DNA of 64,000 bases from Candidatus Methanophagales archaeon (GTDB lineage Archaea; Halobacteriota; Syntropharchaeia; Alkanophagales; Methanospirareceae), in assembly GCA_003336485.1 (NCBI GenBank), contig QENH01000201.1, forward strand, positions 10,704 through 74,703, written 5' to 3'. This document shows positions 1-9,386 of the stretch, piece by piece; the stretch's first letter is position 1, and every line of letters starts with the position of its first letter. A program made the position numbers and the translations under genes. Under the pieces are notes generated by a model. The model was not told where the DNA came from. It worked only from the letters and a program-made list of their open reading frames with translations, and made no database searches.

Positions 1-26
1 TATCGCTGCTATTGTTCTTCTTTTCT

Positions 27-785
27 TCACTTCAGCTTCTTTGTATGGATGCCGCATTCACCGCCACACTTATTCGTCCCTTTCCATCTACCATCGCGCT
101 CATCTTGCCAATCGTATATGGGCACGGTGCATGGTTCACAACCGAGCGACCTTATCTTTCTACCGTCCGAGAAAACGCGGTTATACCAGGGATGCAGCTC
201 TACACCCTTCGCTTCAAGATAGCCCAAGACCTCTTCTTCTGTCCAGGTCAGTATAGGGTTCACCTTCACCAACCCCCGGTATTCTACCTCTTTGTAATCC
301 TTCCTCGTCCTTCCTTCGGTATTCCGCAACCCACAAACCCACGCATCGTAGTTCTTAACTGCTTCCTTCGCTGGCTCTACCTTCAATAATTCGCAACATC
401 GGTCTGGAGCAGCCGCGTAAATCTTCTTTCCATATACCATTTCCAGCTCGGCTGATTCCGCTTCAAATCTGGCTGCGGGCAGCAGCTTCACCGCTATGCC
501 TGCATCTTTCAGTATCGGCGGAACCTCCCTCGCCACCATATAAACAGTCACATTTAGCTTTAACTGCTCGTTCATCTTCGTCAGATATTCAAAGGTCGCC
601 TGTGGCTTGAAAACCGTCAGTATCGAAAACACCGGTATCTTTGGATTAACTTCACGCGCAAGGAGTACCGTAGCCATGCTGTCCTTCCCGAAAGAGCAAG
701 CAACCGCTATCCGCTGGTAGTTTTTCACTGCATCCTTTATGATTTCCGCCGAATGCGTTATCTTATCCTGCATAAATTTATACAT
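27..785 (-). CDS. PAPS reductase family protein (PP-loop ATP pyrophosphatase, CysH-like)
   Basis: 252-aa ORF; N-terminal PP-loop motif SFGKDS; C-terminal Cys cluster (CEPC...CGGECG) typical of the PAPS/APS reductase family; overlapping + strand ORFs are low-complexity antisense. Confidence 0.6.
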   Translation of the reverse strand: MYKFMQDKITHSAEIIKDAVKNYQRIAVACSFGKDSMATVLLAREVNPKIPVFSILTVFKPQATFEYLTKMNEQLKLNVTVYMVAREVPPILKDAGIAVKLLPAARFEAESAELEMVYGKKIYAAAPDRCCELLKVEPAKEAVKNYDAWVCGLRNTEGRTRKDYKEVEYRGLVKVNPILTWTEEEVLGYLEAKGVELHPWYNRVFSDGRKIRSLGCEPCTVPIYDWQDERDGRWKGTNKCGGECGIHTKKLK

Positions 786-1005
786 AGTAGTAGTTTTAGC
801 TTTGTAGTATTTAAGTTTTTCTATTTTTGTCTAATTAATTGTCTTATTGGGTAATAAAAGCACAAAAATGATTGGGGTACCGAGAGTCATTATACTATAA
901 GGCATTGAGGGGACGTGTTTATATAGCAGAGGATTCAACGTAATTGCTCAATATCTTGTGGATTTTGAGGTTTAAGAAAGACTACACCAACTATTAATTA
1001 GGACC

Positions 1006-1347
1006 CTACCAAGAATTTTGCTGTGCCTTCCTGACACGGGACATGAATGCTTTGATATCGCTCTGTTCTTTGATAACAATAACATCATAGACTTCAAGAT
1101 ATGGAACTGTAAACTCCACATACTCTTCGTCAATGATTGGTTCAAGTAGAGTTTCCCCCTCAAAATCAGTCTCCACGGTTATTACATCATCGGTATACGT
1201 CGTAACAATGTTTTCAACATCTTGTCGTAAGTCATCATTATAGGTATGGTAAGGGTTATATTTCATATAGAAGTATGACACATTTATCTGTGATGAAAGT
1301 GTCTGAAATGGCGAAAGAAGTATTAATTTGGAATAGTAAGAAAGCAA
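1006..1347 (-). CDS. hypothetical acidic small protein
   Basis: 113-aa ORF in an AT-rich, apparently degraded region; no recognisable motif. Confidence 0.2.
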   Translation of the reverse strand: MLSYYSKLILLSPFQTLSSQINVSYFYMKYNPYHTYNDDLRQDVENIVTTYTDDVITVETDFEGETLLEPIIDEEYVEFTVPYLEVYDVIVIKEQSDIKAFMSRVRKAQQNSW

Positions 1348-1828
1348 AATAACTGCACGATAAAGGTTGGAATAACCGCAATATAGCTCGCTACCTGGTT
1401 GAGTTTGGAATAAGTGTAGGGCCGTTAAACAGGTCTATAAACTCAACACCCACTGCTATGTTGTTCATAAAGGTATATCGGTCGTTCCGCTTTACTGCAA
1501 GCGACCGATAGACTATGACTAATTGGCTTATGTTGTTACATGCTATCAAAATCAAATTTTGTGATAAAAATGTTATATACGATTATGCATAATTAGATAA
1601 ATGAGACAGGTCCAAGTGTCCTACCTTTATTTGAAAATCAACCCTTTCTTGCAAGTGAACACGAACATCCTTCCTTATCAATACCCACTTTTTTGATAGC
1701 ATCTTCAAAGATCCTTTGCACTGTTCTTGTTGTAATTAATATGCATACCATCTTTTTGTCCTGGCATCTAAATTACTACTTTTCTCAGCGTCAACACATT
1801 CTTTCCATCCCTAAACTCATACTTAACC

Positions 1829-2173
1829 TCATCCACCAACGTCTTCGTAAAGTACACACCAAGACCACCTATCTCTCGCTCTCTTATCCAATTTGAAATG
1901 ATGTATGTCGCCTATCAGTCCCGCACCCAAGCAGATTACAGACCCACCAATTAATCCTGCTATCATCGGACCAAGGTCTCGGACGTTTGTAACAGCGCCG
2001 AATATAGAGACCGCGCCGAAGATCGAAATAAGAATAACGCGATTTTTTAACGTGAATCTTTTGTCCAGAATCTCTCTGAAATATTTAGTGCGGGTGATCA
2101 GATAGGCGATTACCAAGATTACGCATATCTTCTCGACCAGCACAAATAAAAGCTCTATTATGGAATATGCCAC
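1829..2173 (-). pseudogene. remnant of a 5TMR-LYT (LytS-type) membrane sensor domain
   Basis: N-terminal ~90 aa match the LytS/YpdA 5TM receptor pattern (TNVRDLGPMIAGLIGGSVICLGAGLIGDIHHF); the ORF then runs into nonsense and stops, with no downstream continuation in any frame. Confidence 0.4.
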
Positions 2174-2245
2174 TTAATTCACCGCATATGATGTAATATA
2201 AATGACCCATATCACATTTATTCTACAATTGTATTACTAAAATTA

Positions 2246-3259
2246 ATGTCTTTTGCAGCAAAAGAGCTACGGGATATATCGGTTGAAGAGGGAGATGATG
2301 CAGAGTACCAGCGGCAGCTTGCGCTCTTTACTCGTTCTTCGACCGAGAAAGGGATTGAACTGGAGAAGCTAGGCGAGATTATTGCGGGACTTCCCCACCG
2401 ACGCTATTTTTTAGACATTGGTGCAGGAGGGGGGGACTTGACTATACCCATCTCGCAATCATTCAAACTGTAACTTTAACCTCTTTTCGTAATAGGTTCT
2501 TCAGGTAGTTTGTGTTCTAGCTTTTCCAGGGGGGTTTTTGATTTTTGGAGTTTTTCTGCGAGTTTTGTTTTTTGCTTTTCCTAGCTCCCATATTACTAAA
2601 CTTAGTAATAGCTATAGGAACAAAAGAAAGTAAGAAAAAACAATGAATACACAAAAGGAGACATCTTAAGCGCTCATACTAAAACCTATTCCTAAAAATG
2701 GTTAAAGTTACAGTTCAAAGAAACAACGGTGGTCGAGCCCAATGCGAAGCTGGCAAGTTATATCAAGCGAAGTTGCCCCCATTTCACGACCTATAACGAT
2801 ATTTTTGGAAAGGTTAATCTTGGCTCAAAACGTTATGACTTCATCCTTTGCTCCCATGTCCTCTATTATATCGAGGAAGATCACTGGCTAACTACGATTG
2901 AGAAGATGCATAGACATCTCATAGCAGGGGGGCGTATTGCCATCGTTTTGCAGTCACCGATCGGAGAGGTGGCGAACTTCTTCAATTGGTTCACACATTA
3001 CGATGTCAATATCCTCAAGCTGTGGCATGATTTGATCCGGCGATATGGCGATGATGCTATCGAAGTACGGTATTTCTTGAATGAGATAATGACAGAAAGT
3101 TTGGATGATATGGTTACAATAGGGCTATTTCTACTGATAGATCGTCGGTTCTGGAAATGCCGGGATAAGATTCGACAGTACTTTGAATTACATCACAAAA
3201 AGGATGACTGCTATCGCATGACTCAGGATGAAAACCTTCTGGTGATCAAGAAGAGTTAA
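2246..3259 (+). pseudogene. class I SAM-dependent methyltransferase split by a MITE-like insertion
   Basis: Fragment 1 (2246-2473) carries motif I LDIGAGGGDLT. Fragment 2 (2729-3259, GTG start in the ORF track) carries motif II region YDFILCSHVLYYI. Both are in the same frame. Deleting 252 bp (element plus one CA) joins them into one continuous ORF (...ISQSFKETTVVEPNAKLASY...). Confidence 0.7.
2466..2715. mobile_element. MITE-like non-autonomous element (250 bp, 16-bp terminal inverted repeats, 2-bp CA target-site duplication)
   Basis: AACTGTAACTTTAACC at 2466-2481 is the exact reverse complement of GGTTAAAGTTACAGTT at 2700-2715. CA flanks both ends (2464-2465 and 2716-2717). The interior is AT-rich and non-coding with an internal palindrome ATTACTAAacTTAGTAAT. 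Excision restores the methyltransferase frame. Confidence 0.65.
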
Positions 3260-3584
3260 GCGTGATTTCAATTATCGCCACATTACCAACCCTTTTCCCT
3301 TCTAATCGGTACATTAATCGGCAACGCCATTTTCATGCACCCGCTCTGCCGAACTTCATGCCTTCGCCACCCCTTTTTCTCCCGCTTTTTCTGCTATCTC
3401 CCGGCTTTCTTTTGGCATAAATTTGAGTTGATAACGACCACACATAAATGACACCTACTTTTTCTTTTCGTGTTCGTTTTAGGCATAGCACCTATGTGCA
3501 TGTTGTAGTGAGTTGTATATGGCGTGGGTTTCCGATCTACCCTAAAGTTTTGGGATAAAGCAGGTTTGAAAACAAAAACGATGG

Positions 3585-3592
3585 GCTTTTAT
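3585..3592 (+). promoter_or_regulatory. TATA-box-like element (TTTTATAT) ~40 nt upstream of the mtd start codon
   Basis: AT-rich octamer at archaeal-promoter-like spacing before the ATG at 3633. Confidence 0.35.
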
Positions 3593-3632
3593 ATCTTTAA
3601 CTACATAAGCATAATATTGAGTGTGATTAAAC

Positions 3633-4466
3633 ATGCAAGTAGTAAAAATAGGATTTGTAAAACTAGGAAACATAGGCGCTTCAAGGATAGTCGATCTGTT
3701 GCTGGACGAGAGGGCCGATAGAGAAGATATAGATGCACGGGTGATGGGGACAGGTGCGAAGATGACGCCAGAGCATGCGGCAGACACTTCTCGGTTGTTA
3801 GATTGGGACCCCGATTTAGTAGTGATAACCAGTCCCAATGCCGCACTTCCAGGGCCTAAGCGAGCACGTGAGATGGTGAAAGAGAAGGGTAAACCCTGCA
3901 TCGTTATCTCAGATGCACCGGCAAAAAAAGCGGTGAATGATTTGAAGGAGAATGGGTACGGATACATTATAATACCTGGCGATCCGATGATAGGAGCGAG
4001 AAGAGAGTTCTTAGACCCCGTAGAGATGAGCCTGTTCAATGCTGATGTACTCTCAGTTCTGACGATAGCGGGAGTAGTAAACTTACTGCAGGAAGAGCTT
4101 GATGCTGTTATAGATGCGATAAAGAAAGGTGGCGATGTGAAACTACCTCAGCTTATAGCCACAGCGGAGAAATCGGTAGAAAGGGCCCAGTTCTCAAATC
4201 CTTATGCAAAATCAAAAGCCATCGCCGCTTATAGCATGGTCGAGAAAGTAGCAGAGCTGGATGTGAAAGGGTGCTTTATGATGAAGGATCCCAAAGAATA
4301 CGTACCTATCGTGGCGGCTGCGCATGAACTATTAAGAGAAGCGGCAAAGCTTGCTTATGAAGCACGGGAGATGGAAAAGCAAACGGACAGCTTAGTTCGT
4401 ATGCCACATGCCAGGACAGGGGAGATATTGAAGAAGGTGAAGCTACAGGATAAGCCAAGTGCGTGA
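3633..4466 (+). CDS. mtd: F420-dependent methylenetetrahydromethanopterin dehydrogenase
   Basis: 277 aa; MQVVKIGFVKLGNIGAS N-terminus, RADREDID, GARREFLDPVEM, NPYA, YVPIVAAAHE and PHA..G blocks match the methanogen Mtd family along its full length. Confidence 0.85.
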   Translation: MQVVKIGFVKLGNIGASRIVDLLLDERADREDIDARVMGTGAKMTPEHAADTSRLLDWDPDLVVITSPNAALPGPKRAREMVKEKGKPCIVISDAPAKKAVNDLKENGYGYIIIPGDPMIGARREFLDPVEMSLFNADVLSVLTIAGVVNLLQEELDAVIDAIKKGGDVKLPQLIATAEKSVERAQFSNPYAKSKAIAAYSMVEKVAELDVKGCFMMKDPKEYVPIVAAAHELLREAAKLAYEAREMEKQTDSLVRMPHARTGEILKKVKLQDKPSA

Positions 4467-4640
4467 CTGATTTACCTTTTTTTTCTTTTTTTATTTTTTG
4501 AATGTGTGCAATAAAGCGTAGACGATGTTAGTTCCATATATAAGGTAATATAATCAGAGATAGGGCTAAAACATTTTTAAAACTTATCAATTTGCTAATA
4601 AATAATGGAACGCTGACCTTTATCCCATTTGTAATTCACA

Positions 4641-4663
4641 CTAATTTGACATTGTCAAATTAG
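4641..4663. promoter_or_regulatory. perfect 23-bp palindrome CTAATTTGACAtTGTCAAATTAG (candidate operator)
   Basis: 11-bp arms around a single central base, in the AT-rich intergenic region upstream of ORF 4798. Confidence 0.3.
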
Positions 4664-4797
4664 TAGCAGAGGAAAGGTAAAAGTTAGAAACTCTTGAAAA
4701 AACAATCGAAAAAATTCCAGAACTGAAAAAGACAGAAATAATAGGGGATCAGGATTTAGGAGACGATCTCCGCGAAAAATCAGACAAGTTTTCAAAT

Positions 4798-5163
4798 TTG
4801 GAAGCTGTGATTAATCGGAAAACAGATTATATCTTTACAAAAGGGATGATTAAGAATTTAATAGAACTTTTGAATGAAATTGAAACACTACCCACGCCAT
4901 TAATTATAAATTCAGAGCAAGGATTAGGAGATGTTAAGGAAGCTGTGGAATATGTGGAAGAATTCATGGATGCCGTCCATGACGTTTATCCTGAAAAGGT
5001 AAAAGAAGCGAATCAGAAATTAAATCTGTTTTTGCATTCCGACTTAAAAGAGCAAATGATTGAAGAAATTGGAAGAAATTTAGTGGATTGTATTTATGTC
5101 AGTCATTCTTTATTTATCCTTTCTAAAATAATGACTCCTCATGCTATTAATATAAAAATTTAA
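4798..5163 (+). CDS. hypothetical protein
   Basis: 121-aa ORF (TTG start in the ORF track), acidic/helical, no recognisable motif. Confidence 0.3.
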   Translation: MEAVINRKTDYIFTKGMIKNLIELLNEIETLPTPLIINSEQGLGDVKEAVEYVEEFMDAVHDVYPEKVKEANQKLNLFLHSDLKEQMIEEIGRNLVDCIYVSHSLFILSKIMTPHAINIKI

Positions 5164-5340
5164 CTTCTTTTTTGATTTAGATCGCTATACCCCTTTATTT
5201 TTCGGCCAATTTTGGATTGGTGGACGACTTCTAAAATCTTTAAAAAATGATAATAATCTTCCTTTTTGAAATTTTTTCTCTTTCACTAGATAATCGTTTT
5301 TAAAATCTACGCTTATTGCACTTCTCTAATCCTATGATAA

Positions 5341-5390
5341 GGTAAGGTAAGGTAAGGTAAGGTAAGGTAAGGTAAGGTAAGGTAAGGTAA
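5341..5390. repeat. (GGTAA)x10 pentanucleotide microsatellite
   Basis: Ten perfect tandem GGTAA units read directly from the sequence. Confidence 0.95.
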
Positions 5391-5562
5391 GCGCGTTAAA
5401 AATCAATATTAAAGCGGGAATCGAATGCAAAGGGTGTAAGTATATCAGAGTATGTATCACCGAAGGTTTATCGCTTATTCAATCAATTGGTGGGTTTATA
5501 TCAAAAGATCAAAGTGTTAATGCCTTGAATGAGACACGGGTAGCTTTAAAGGGTGAATTATA

Positions 5563-5636
5563 TGGGCCCGATGCGATTCGAACGCATGACCTTCGCCTCG
5601 TAAAGGCGACGTCATAACCAACTAGACCACGGGCCC
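5563..5636 (-). tRNA. tRNA-Val (anticodon TAC)
   Basis: Reverse complement folds as a cloverleaf: acceptor GGGCCCG/CGGGCCC, anticodon stem UCGCC/GGCGA with loop UUUACGA (anticodon UAC), T-arm GGUC-AUGCGUUCGAAUCGCAU, discriminator A; no encoded CCA. Confidence 0.85.
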
Positions 5637-5717
5637 ACTATAAAGATAATTTATATCTTTAGATACAATAAGTTATTAGACTAAAAAGGTACATTGCGTC
5701 AGAGGAAGTAAAGAAAA

Positions 5718-6083
5718 ATGCGAGGAGGATTTAGAAAAGGAATGGGCTTGAGTCCAAAGAAATTGAACCAGATGATGAAACAAATGGGCATAAGTGTAGA
5801 AGAGATGAGCGATGTAGAGGAAGTAGTGATAAAGACCGCAGATGCAGAACTCGTATTTGCAGAGCCCGAAGTTTCTGTTACGGATGCTCAGGGATCGAAG
5901 GTGTATCAAATAACAGGTACACCCGTAGAACGCCCCAAGGCAGAATCTGAACTTGAAGTTTCGCAAGAGGATGTGGAAATTGTAATGGAAAAGGCTGGGT
6001 GCAGTGAAACAGAAGCGAAAGCGGCATTAGCCGAAACAAAAGGTGATTTGGCAGAGGCAATATCCAAGCTTTATGTGGAATGA
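5718..6083 (+). CDS. nac: nascent polypeptide-associated complex protein (archaeal NAC alpha, C-terminal UBA)
   Basis: 121 aa; MKQMGI...VEEV.IK NAC domain and C-terminal UBA-like AISKL; typical archaeal NAC size. Confidence 0.8.
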   Translation: MRGGFRKGMGLSPKKLNQMMKQMGISVEEMSDVEEVVIKTADAELVFAEPEVSVTDAQGSKVYQITGTPVERPKAESELEVSQEDVEIVMEKAGCSETEAKAALAETKGDLAEAISKLYVE

Positions 6084-6916
6084 ACTTAATTCAACCGAAA
6101 CGCATTGGAATGGCATGTCGGGGCGAACCCAAAACGGTATCCGTATTAAAAGAGTTGATAGAGTGCGTTGAAGACAGTGTAGAAGTCATACTTGACGAAG
6201 AGATAGCGTATAAGCTCAAAAGGCAGGGTATGAGAATAGAAGATATGGATGTGGATTTCTTAATCAGTGTTGGTGGTGACGGTACAATATTAAGGGCACT
6301 GCATTCTTTGAAAAGCCCCATACCTGTGCTGGGTATAAATATGGGTGCTATCGGATTTTTAGCCGCGGTGCAACCAGAAGACTGTATTTCGGTAGTTACA
6401 GAGCTATTAGACGGGTTTGAGGTCGAGCGTAGGGAACGGCTTTCGGTGGAACTAAAAGGTAAGAAGGAGAGGATACCGTATGCAATGAATGAAGCAGTGG
6501 TGATCACATCAAAACCGGGGAAGATGCTACATTTTGCTATCTTTTTGGATGATGATGAGTTAGAGCAGTTAAGAGCAGACGGTGTCATTTTTGCAACTCC
6601 CACAGGGAGCACTGCGTATGCAATGTCAGCCGGCGGACCCATTGTCGATCCAAAGGTAAATGCAACCTTAATAGTGCCAATAGCACCTTTCAAACTTTCC
6701 GCAAGGCCTACGGTCGTCGATATACAGAGAAAGATCGGCTTAGACCTTTTTGGTGTGAAAGATGCGAAATTAGTCATTGATGGACAGTTCTACATGGGAA
6801 TAGAGAAAGAAGACGGGATTAGCATTACGCGCGGTGAACCCGCATTCTTTGTTAAAGTGGCAGATACTCATTTCTTAAAATTCGGTGATAAATTACGAAG
6901 CGAGGGCGGGAAATGA
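6080..6916 (+). CDS. nadK: NAD kinase
   Basis: 278 aa; GGDGT motif, NEAVV, DGVIFATPTGSTAYAMSAGGPIVDP; start overlaps the nac stop (ATGA). Confidence 0.85.
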   Translation: MNLIQPKRIGMACRGEPKTVSVLKELIECVEDSVEVILDEEIAYKLKRQGMRIEDMDVDFLISVGGDGTILRALHSLKSPIPVLGINMGAIGFLAAVQPEDCISVVTELLDGFEVERRERLSVELKGKKERIPYAMNEAVVITSKPGKMLHFAIFLDDDELEQLRADGVIFATPTGSTAYAMSAGGPIVDPKVNATLIVPIAPFKLSARPTVVDIQRKIGLDLFGVKDAKLVIDGQFYMGIEKEDGISITRGEPAFFVKVADTHFLKFGDKLRSEGGK

Positions 6917-6975
6917 AAAGATTAATATGCCTGGAAATTGAAGTTTTTTTGTGGGTGTAAAGAGGAGGACTGAAA

Positions 6976-7266
6976 ATGATGAAAATGTCATCGCTGATGT
7001 TGAGCAATAAGAAAGTTGTGGACACGGAAGGTGGGGAAGTGGGAGTGTTACATGACATAGTAGCAGATGCTGGAACTGGAATACTAACAGAACTCGTAGT
7101 TAAACCGGCTGCTGAGCTCGACACAAGCAAGTTCAAAACGGATGACGGTTATCTCTTTATACCTTTTGATACAGTTACAGCAATAAAAGATATCATAGTA
7201 GTGGATATTAAGCAGATACGAGAACATGTACGGGCTGCAACAGCTCAAAAATCAGTGGCTTTTTGA
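6976..7266 (+). CDS. PRC-barrel domain protein
   Basis: 96 aa; pattern of small archaeal PRC-barrel proteins (VVDTEGGEVGVLHDIV...VVD). Confidence 0.5.
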   Translation: MMKMSSLMLSNKKVVDTEGGEVGVLHDIVADAGTGILTELVVKPAAELDTSKFKTDDGYLFIPFDTVTAIKDIIVVDIKQIREHVRAATAQKSVAF

Positions 7267-7285
7267 GCTTGAGCTTTTGCTACTA

Positions 7286-7402
7286 CGGGCGTGACGGGAT
7301 TTGAACCCGTGATTTGCAGCTTTCTCCCCTTTTTGATCGAACTTAATTATGCGACAAATTTGTTAGGAGGCTGCCGCCATATCCTAGCTAGGCCACACGC
7401 CC
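7286..7402 (-). tRNA. tRNA-Arg (anticodon CCT inferred) with ~41-nt intron at the canonical 37/38 position
   Basis: Reverse complement has acceptor GGGCGUG/CACGCCC plus discriminator G. Anticodon stem is GCAGC/GCUGC around loop CUCCUA + intron + A. T-arm is ACGGG-UUCAAAU-CCCGU. Mature length ~76 nt. Confidence 0.7.
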
Positions 7403-7525
7403 AACGGAAATTTTCAGTCTTAGAAGAAAGAAAAGTTTATTAAAGAAAAACCTTTTCTCTTTTTGTTGATGTCTTTCACTCAAAGTATGAATGAATGTGA
7501 TCAGCATTTCTTACTATATATAGAT

Positions 7526-8908
7526 ATGACGAAGTTGCAAAAAAACCTGGAAAAGGCAGCGGAGATAATAAAAAGGCATGAATATGCAAGAGTGATTTCA
7601 CATTACGATGCCGATGGGATAACCTCTGTGGCGATTATTTGTACGGCCCTGCTTCGAAGTGGGATACAGTTCCATGCGACTATCGTAAATAAGGTAGAAC
7701 GGAGACTCATAGAAGACTTAAGTGAGGGGCTCGTTATATTCTGTGATATGGGCACTGCGCACATGGATTTGATATTAGAGTGTCTTAAAGAGAAGGATGT
7801 GGTAATTATAGACCATCATGTACCATTAATATCAGTCCCAATTCCGACATCGCCGACATCTTCCCTTGTCCTCGTAAATCCGTATTGCACTAGCGAGGAG
7901 AAAGAGGAAATAGGCGGGGATATTTGCGCCGCAGGTATCTCTTATCTTGTGGCAAGGTGCTTATCGACAGACGGAAATAATAACATAGATCTTGCAGGAC
8001 TCGCGGTAGCGGGCTCATTAGGCGATAAGGTAGCGCTAGATAGCGGAATAAACAAATTGATTTTGGACGAGGGTATAAATGAGGGCGTTATCTCTGTTAA
8101 AAACGGGCTGAAGCTCGGCGACGGTAAGATACGTGATTTGATCATTTTCGCGACCGACCCCTATACCCCACTCGCAGGAAGGGATGAGTGGGTGGATGCC
8201 TTTTTGGATAAGATGAGTATAGACGGCGATAAGGACATAAACGATTTAGATGCAGGCGTGGAAAGTCAATTAGCCGATGCTTTGTTAGCGATATCGAAAG
8301 AATCGGCAACAGGCATCAGTGAGGACGCTCTGGTGGGAGACACGTACATTTTAAATTCCGAGGTGGTGAAAAACAGCCTGGATTTTATGCGATTGGTGGA
8401 TGCTTGTGGTCGATTTGGAAAATCGGGCATTGGGATAGGGTTGTGCCTACGAGAGGCGAAACAGATAGAAGATGCGACTTCGTTACACATGCAGTTTCAA
8501 AGCAAGCTTGTTTCCGAGTTGGGAAGAATAGAAAGTGAGGCAGATGTACTAAAAGAGCTACAGAATATGTTCTTTTTCTACGTGCATGAGACGGGCGTAA
8601 CAGGCGTTTCATCTGGAATTCTTGCGGAATATCTATACACTGAGAAGCCGGTAATTGCGTTAAACAAGAAAGACGGGGCAGAAGACGGTAAAAAGTCGGA
8701 CACGAAAATATCCGCACGATGCAATAAGAAACATGTTACAAAAGAGGGCAGGATAGACCTGTCTAAGGCGATGGAGCAAGCATCAAAAGAAGTAGGTGGC
8801 TTTGGTGGTGGACATCCGGTTGCTGCTGGTGCGTCCATACCAAACGGGACCGAGGAGGAGTTCATCGCTGCTCTCGATCGTATTTTAGGCGAGCAAAACG
8901 CTAGCTGA
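7526..8908 (+). CDS. DHH-family phosphoesterase, archaeal RecJ/GAN-like
   Basis: DHH motifs ISHYDADGITS and IIDHH; DHHA1-like C-terminus with GGGH. ORF track starts at 7463, but the conserved N-terminus begins at the ATG at 7526. Confidence 0.7.
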   Translation: MTKLQKNLEKAAEIIKRHEYARVISHYDADGITSVAIICTALLRSGIQFHATIVNKVERRLIEDLSEGLVIFCDMGTAHMDLILECLKEKDVVIIDHHVPLISVPIPTSPTSSLVLVNPYCTSEEKEEIGGDICAAGISYLVARCLSTDGNNNIDLAGLAVAGSLGDKVALDSGINKLILDEGINEGVISVKNGLKLGDGKIRDLIIFATDPYTPLAGRDEWVDAFLDKMSIDGDKDINDLDAGVESQLADALLAISKESATGISEDALVGDTYILNSEVVKNSLDFMRLVDACGRFGKSGIGIGLCLREAKQIEDATSLHMQFQSKLVSELGRIESEADVLKELQNMFFFYVHETGVTGVSSGILAEYLYTEKPVIALNKKDGAEDGKKSDTKISARCNKKHVTKEGRIDLSKAMEQASKEVGGFGGGHPVAAGASIPNGTEEEFIAALDRILGEQNAS

Positions 8909-9108
8909 TTTTAGATGCTTTGTAATTTCCATTGTATATATAAAGTATAGTTTCTGCCACAGAGTTTTATACACCGATAGCACCGAGTATTTTCCCTCCG
9001 TGTCCTCTGTGGTCCCGGTGGCTAATTAATCATTTTTGACTTATTCTTGGCTCGCACACGTTCTTCATTTTGCAATCAAAAGTCCGAAATCCATAAGAAT
9101 TTTGGCTA

Positions 9109-9366
9109 TTACACTCTTATCAGATACTTCGCCTTCACGATGCGGTATGCGATGAATAATGTGAGAAAGAAACCGAGGAATGTGAAAAAAGTAGAAAGGA
9201 CAAAGCCTAATGTAGTTCCCCCTAACATATTACCAAGCACAAAACCACCGAATAAACCGAGTATAGTAAAACAGGAAATAAAAATAGCGTATGGAAGGGC
9301 ATGAAAAATAACATCGCCCTTTTGCCCCTCTTTCATCTTTACACTATTTTGCATGTGCCTTAGCAA
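9109..9366 (-). CDS. small 2-TM membrane protein (hypothetical)
   Basis: 85 aa with two hydrophobic helices; co-oriented and adjacent to the proteolipid gene. The overlapping + ORF 9047-9304 is basic and low-complexity. Confidence 0.3.
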   Translation of the reverse strand: MLRHMQNSVKMKEGQKGDVIFHALPYAIFISCFTILGLFGGFVLGNMLGGTTLGFVLSTFFTFLGFFLTLFIAYRIVKAKYLIRV

Positions 9367-9386
9367 GCACTATACGCCATAAAATA

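Noticed and set aside
12-389. + strand ORFs 12-389 and 41-256
   Set aside because: Antisense to the longer, motif-bearing PAPS-reductase-like gene on the - strand; low-complexity composition.
3542-4039. - strand ORFs inside mtd (3542-4039, 3601-3846)
   Set aside because: Antisense shadows of a confidently identified gene; Ser/Ala/Pro-rich nonsense.
5341-5390. Possible CRISPR array (and likewise the 141-bp repeats at 54230-54800)
   Set aside because: GGTAA units are 5-bp perfect tandem copies with no spacers. The 141-bp repeats are in-frame coding TPR units. No repeat-spacer architecture or cas genes anywhere in the window.
6091-6777. 228-aa - strand ORF inside nadK
   Set aside because: Antisense to NAD kinase; low complexity; no motif.
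9047-9304. + strand 85-aa ORF overlapping the small membrane-protein gene
   Set aside because: Highly basic low-complexity sequence. The - strand alternative has two clean TM helices and is co-oriented with the adjacent proteolipid gene.
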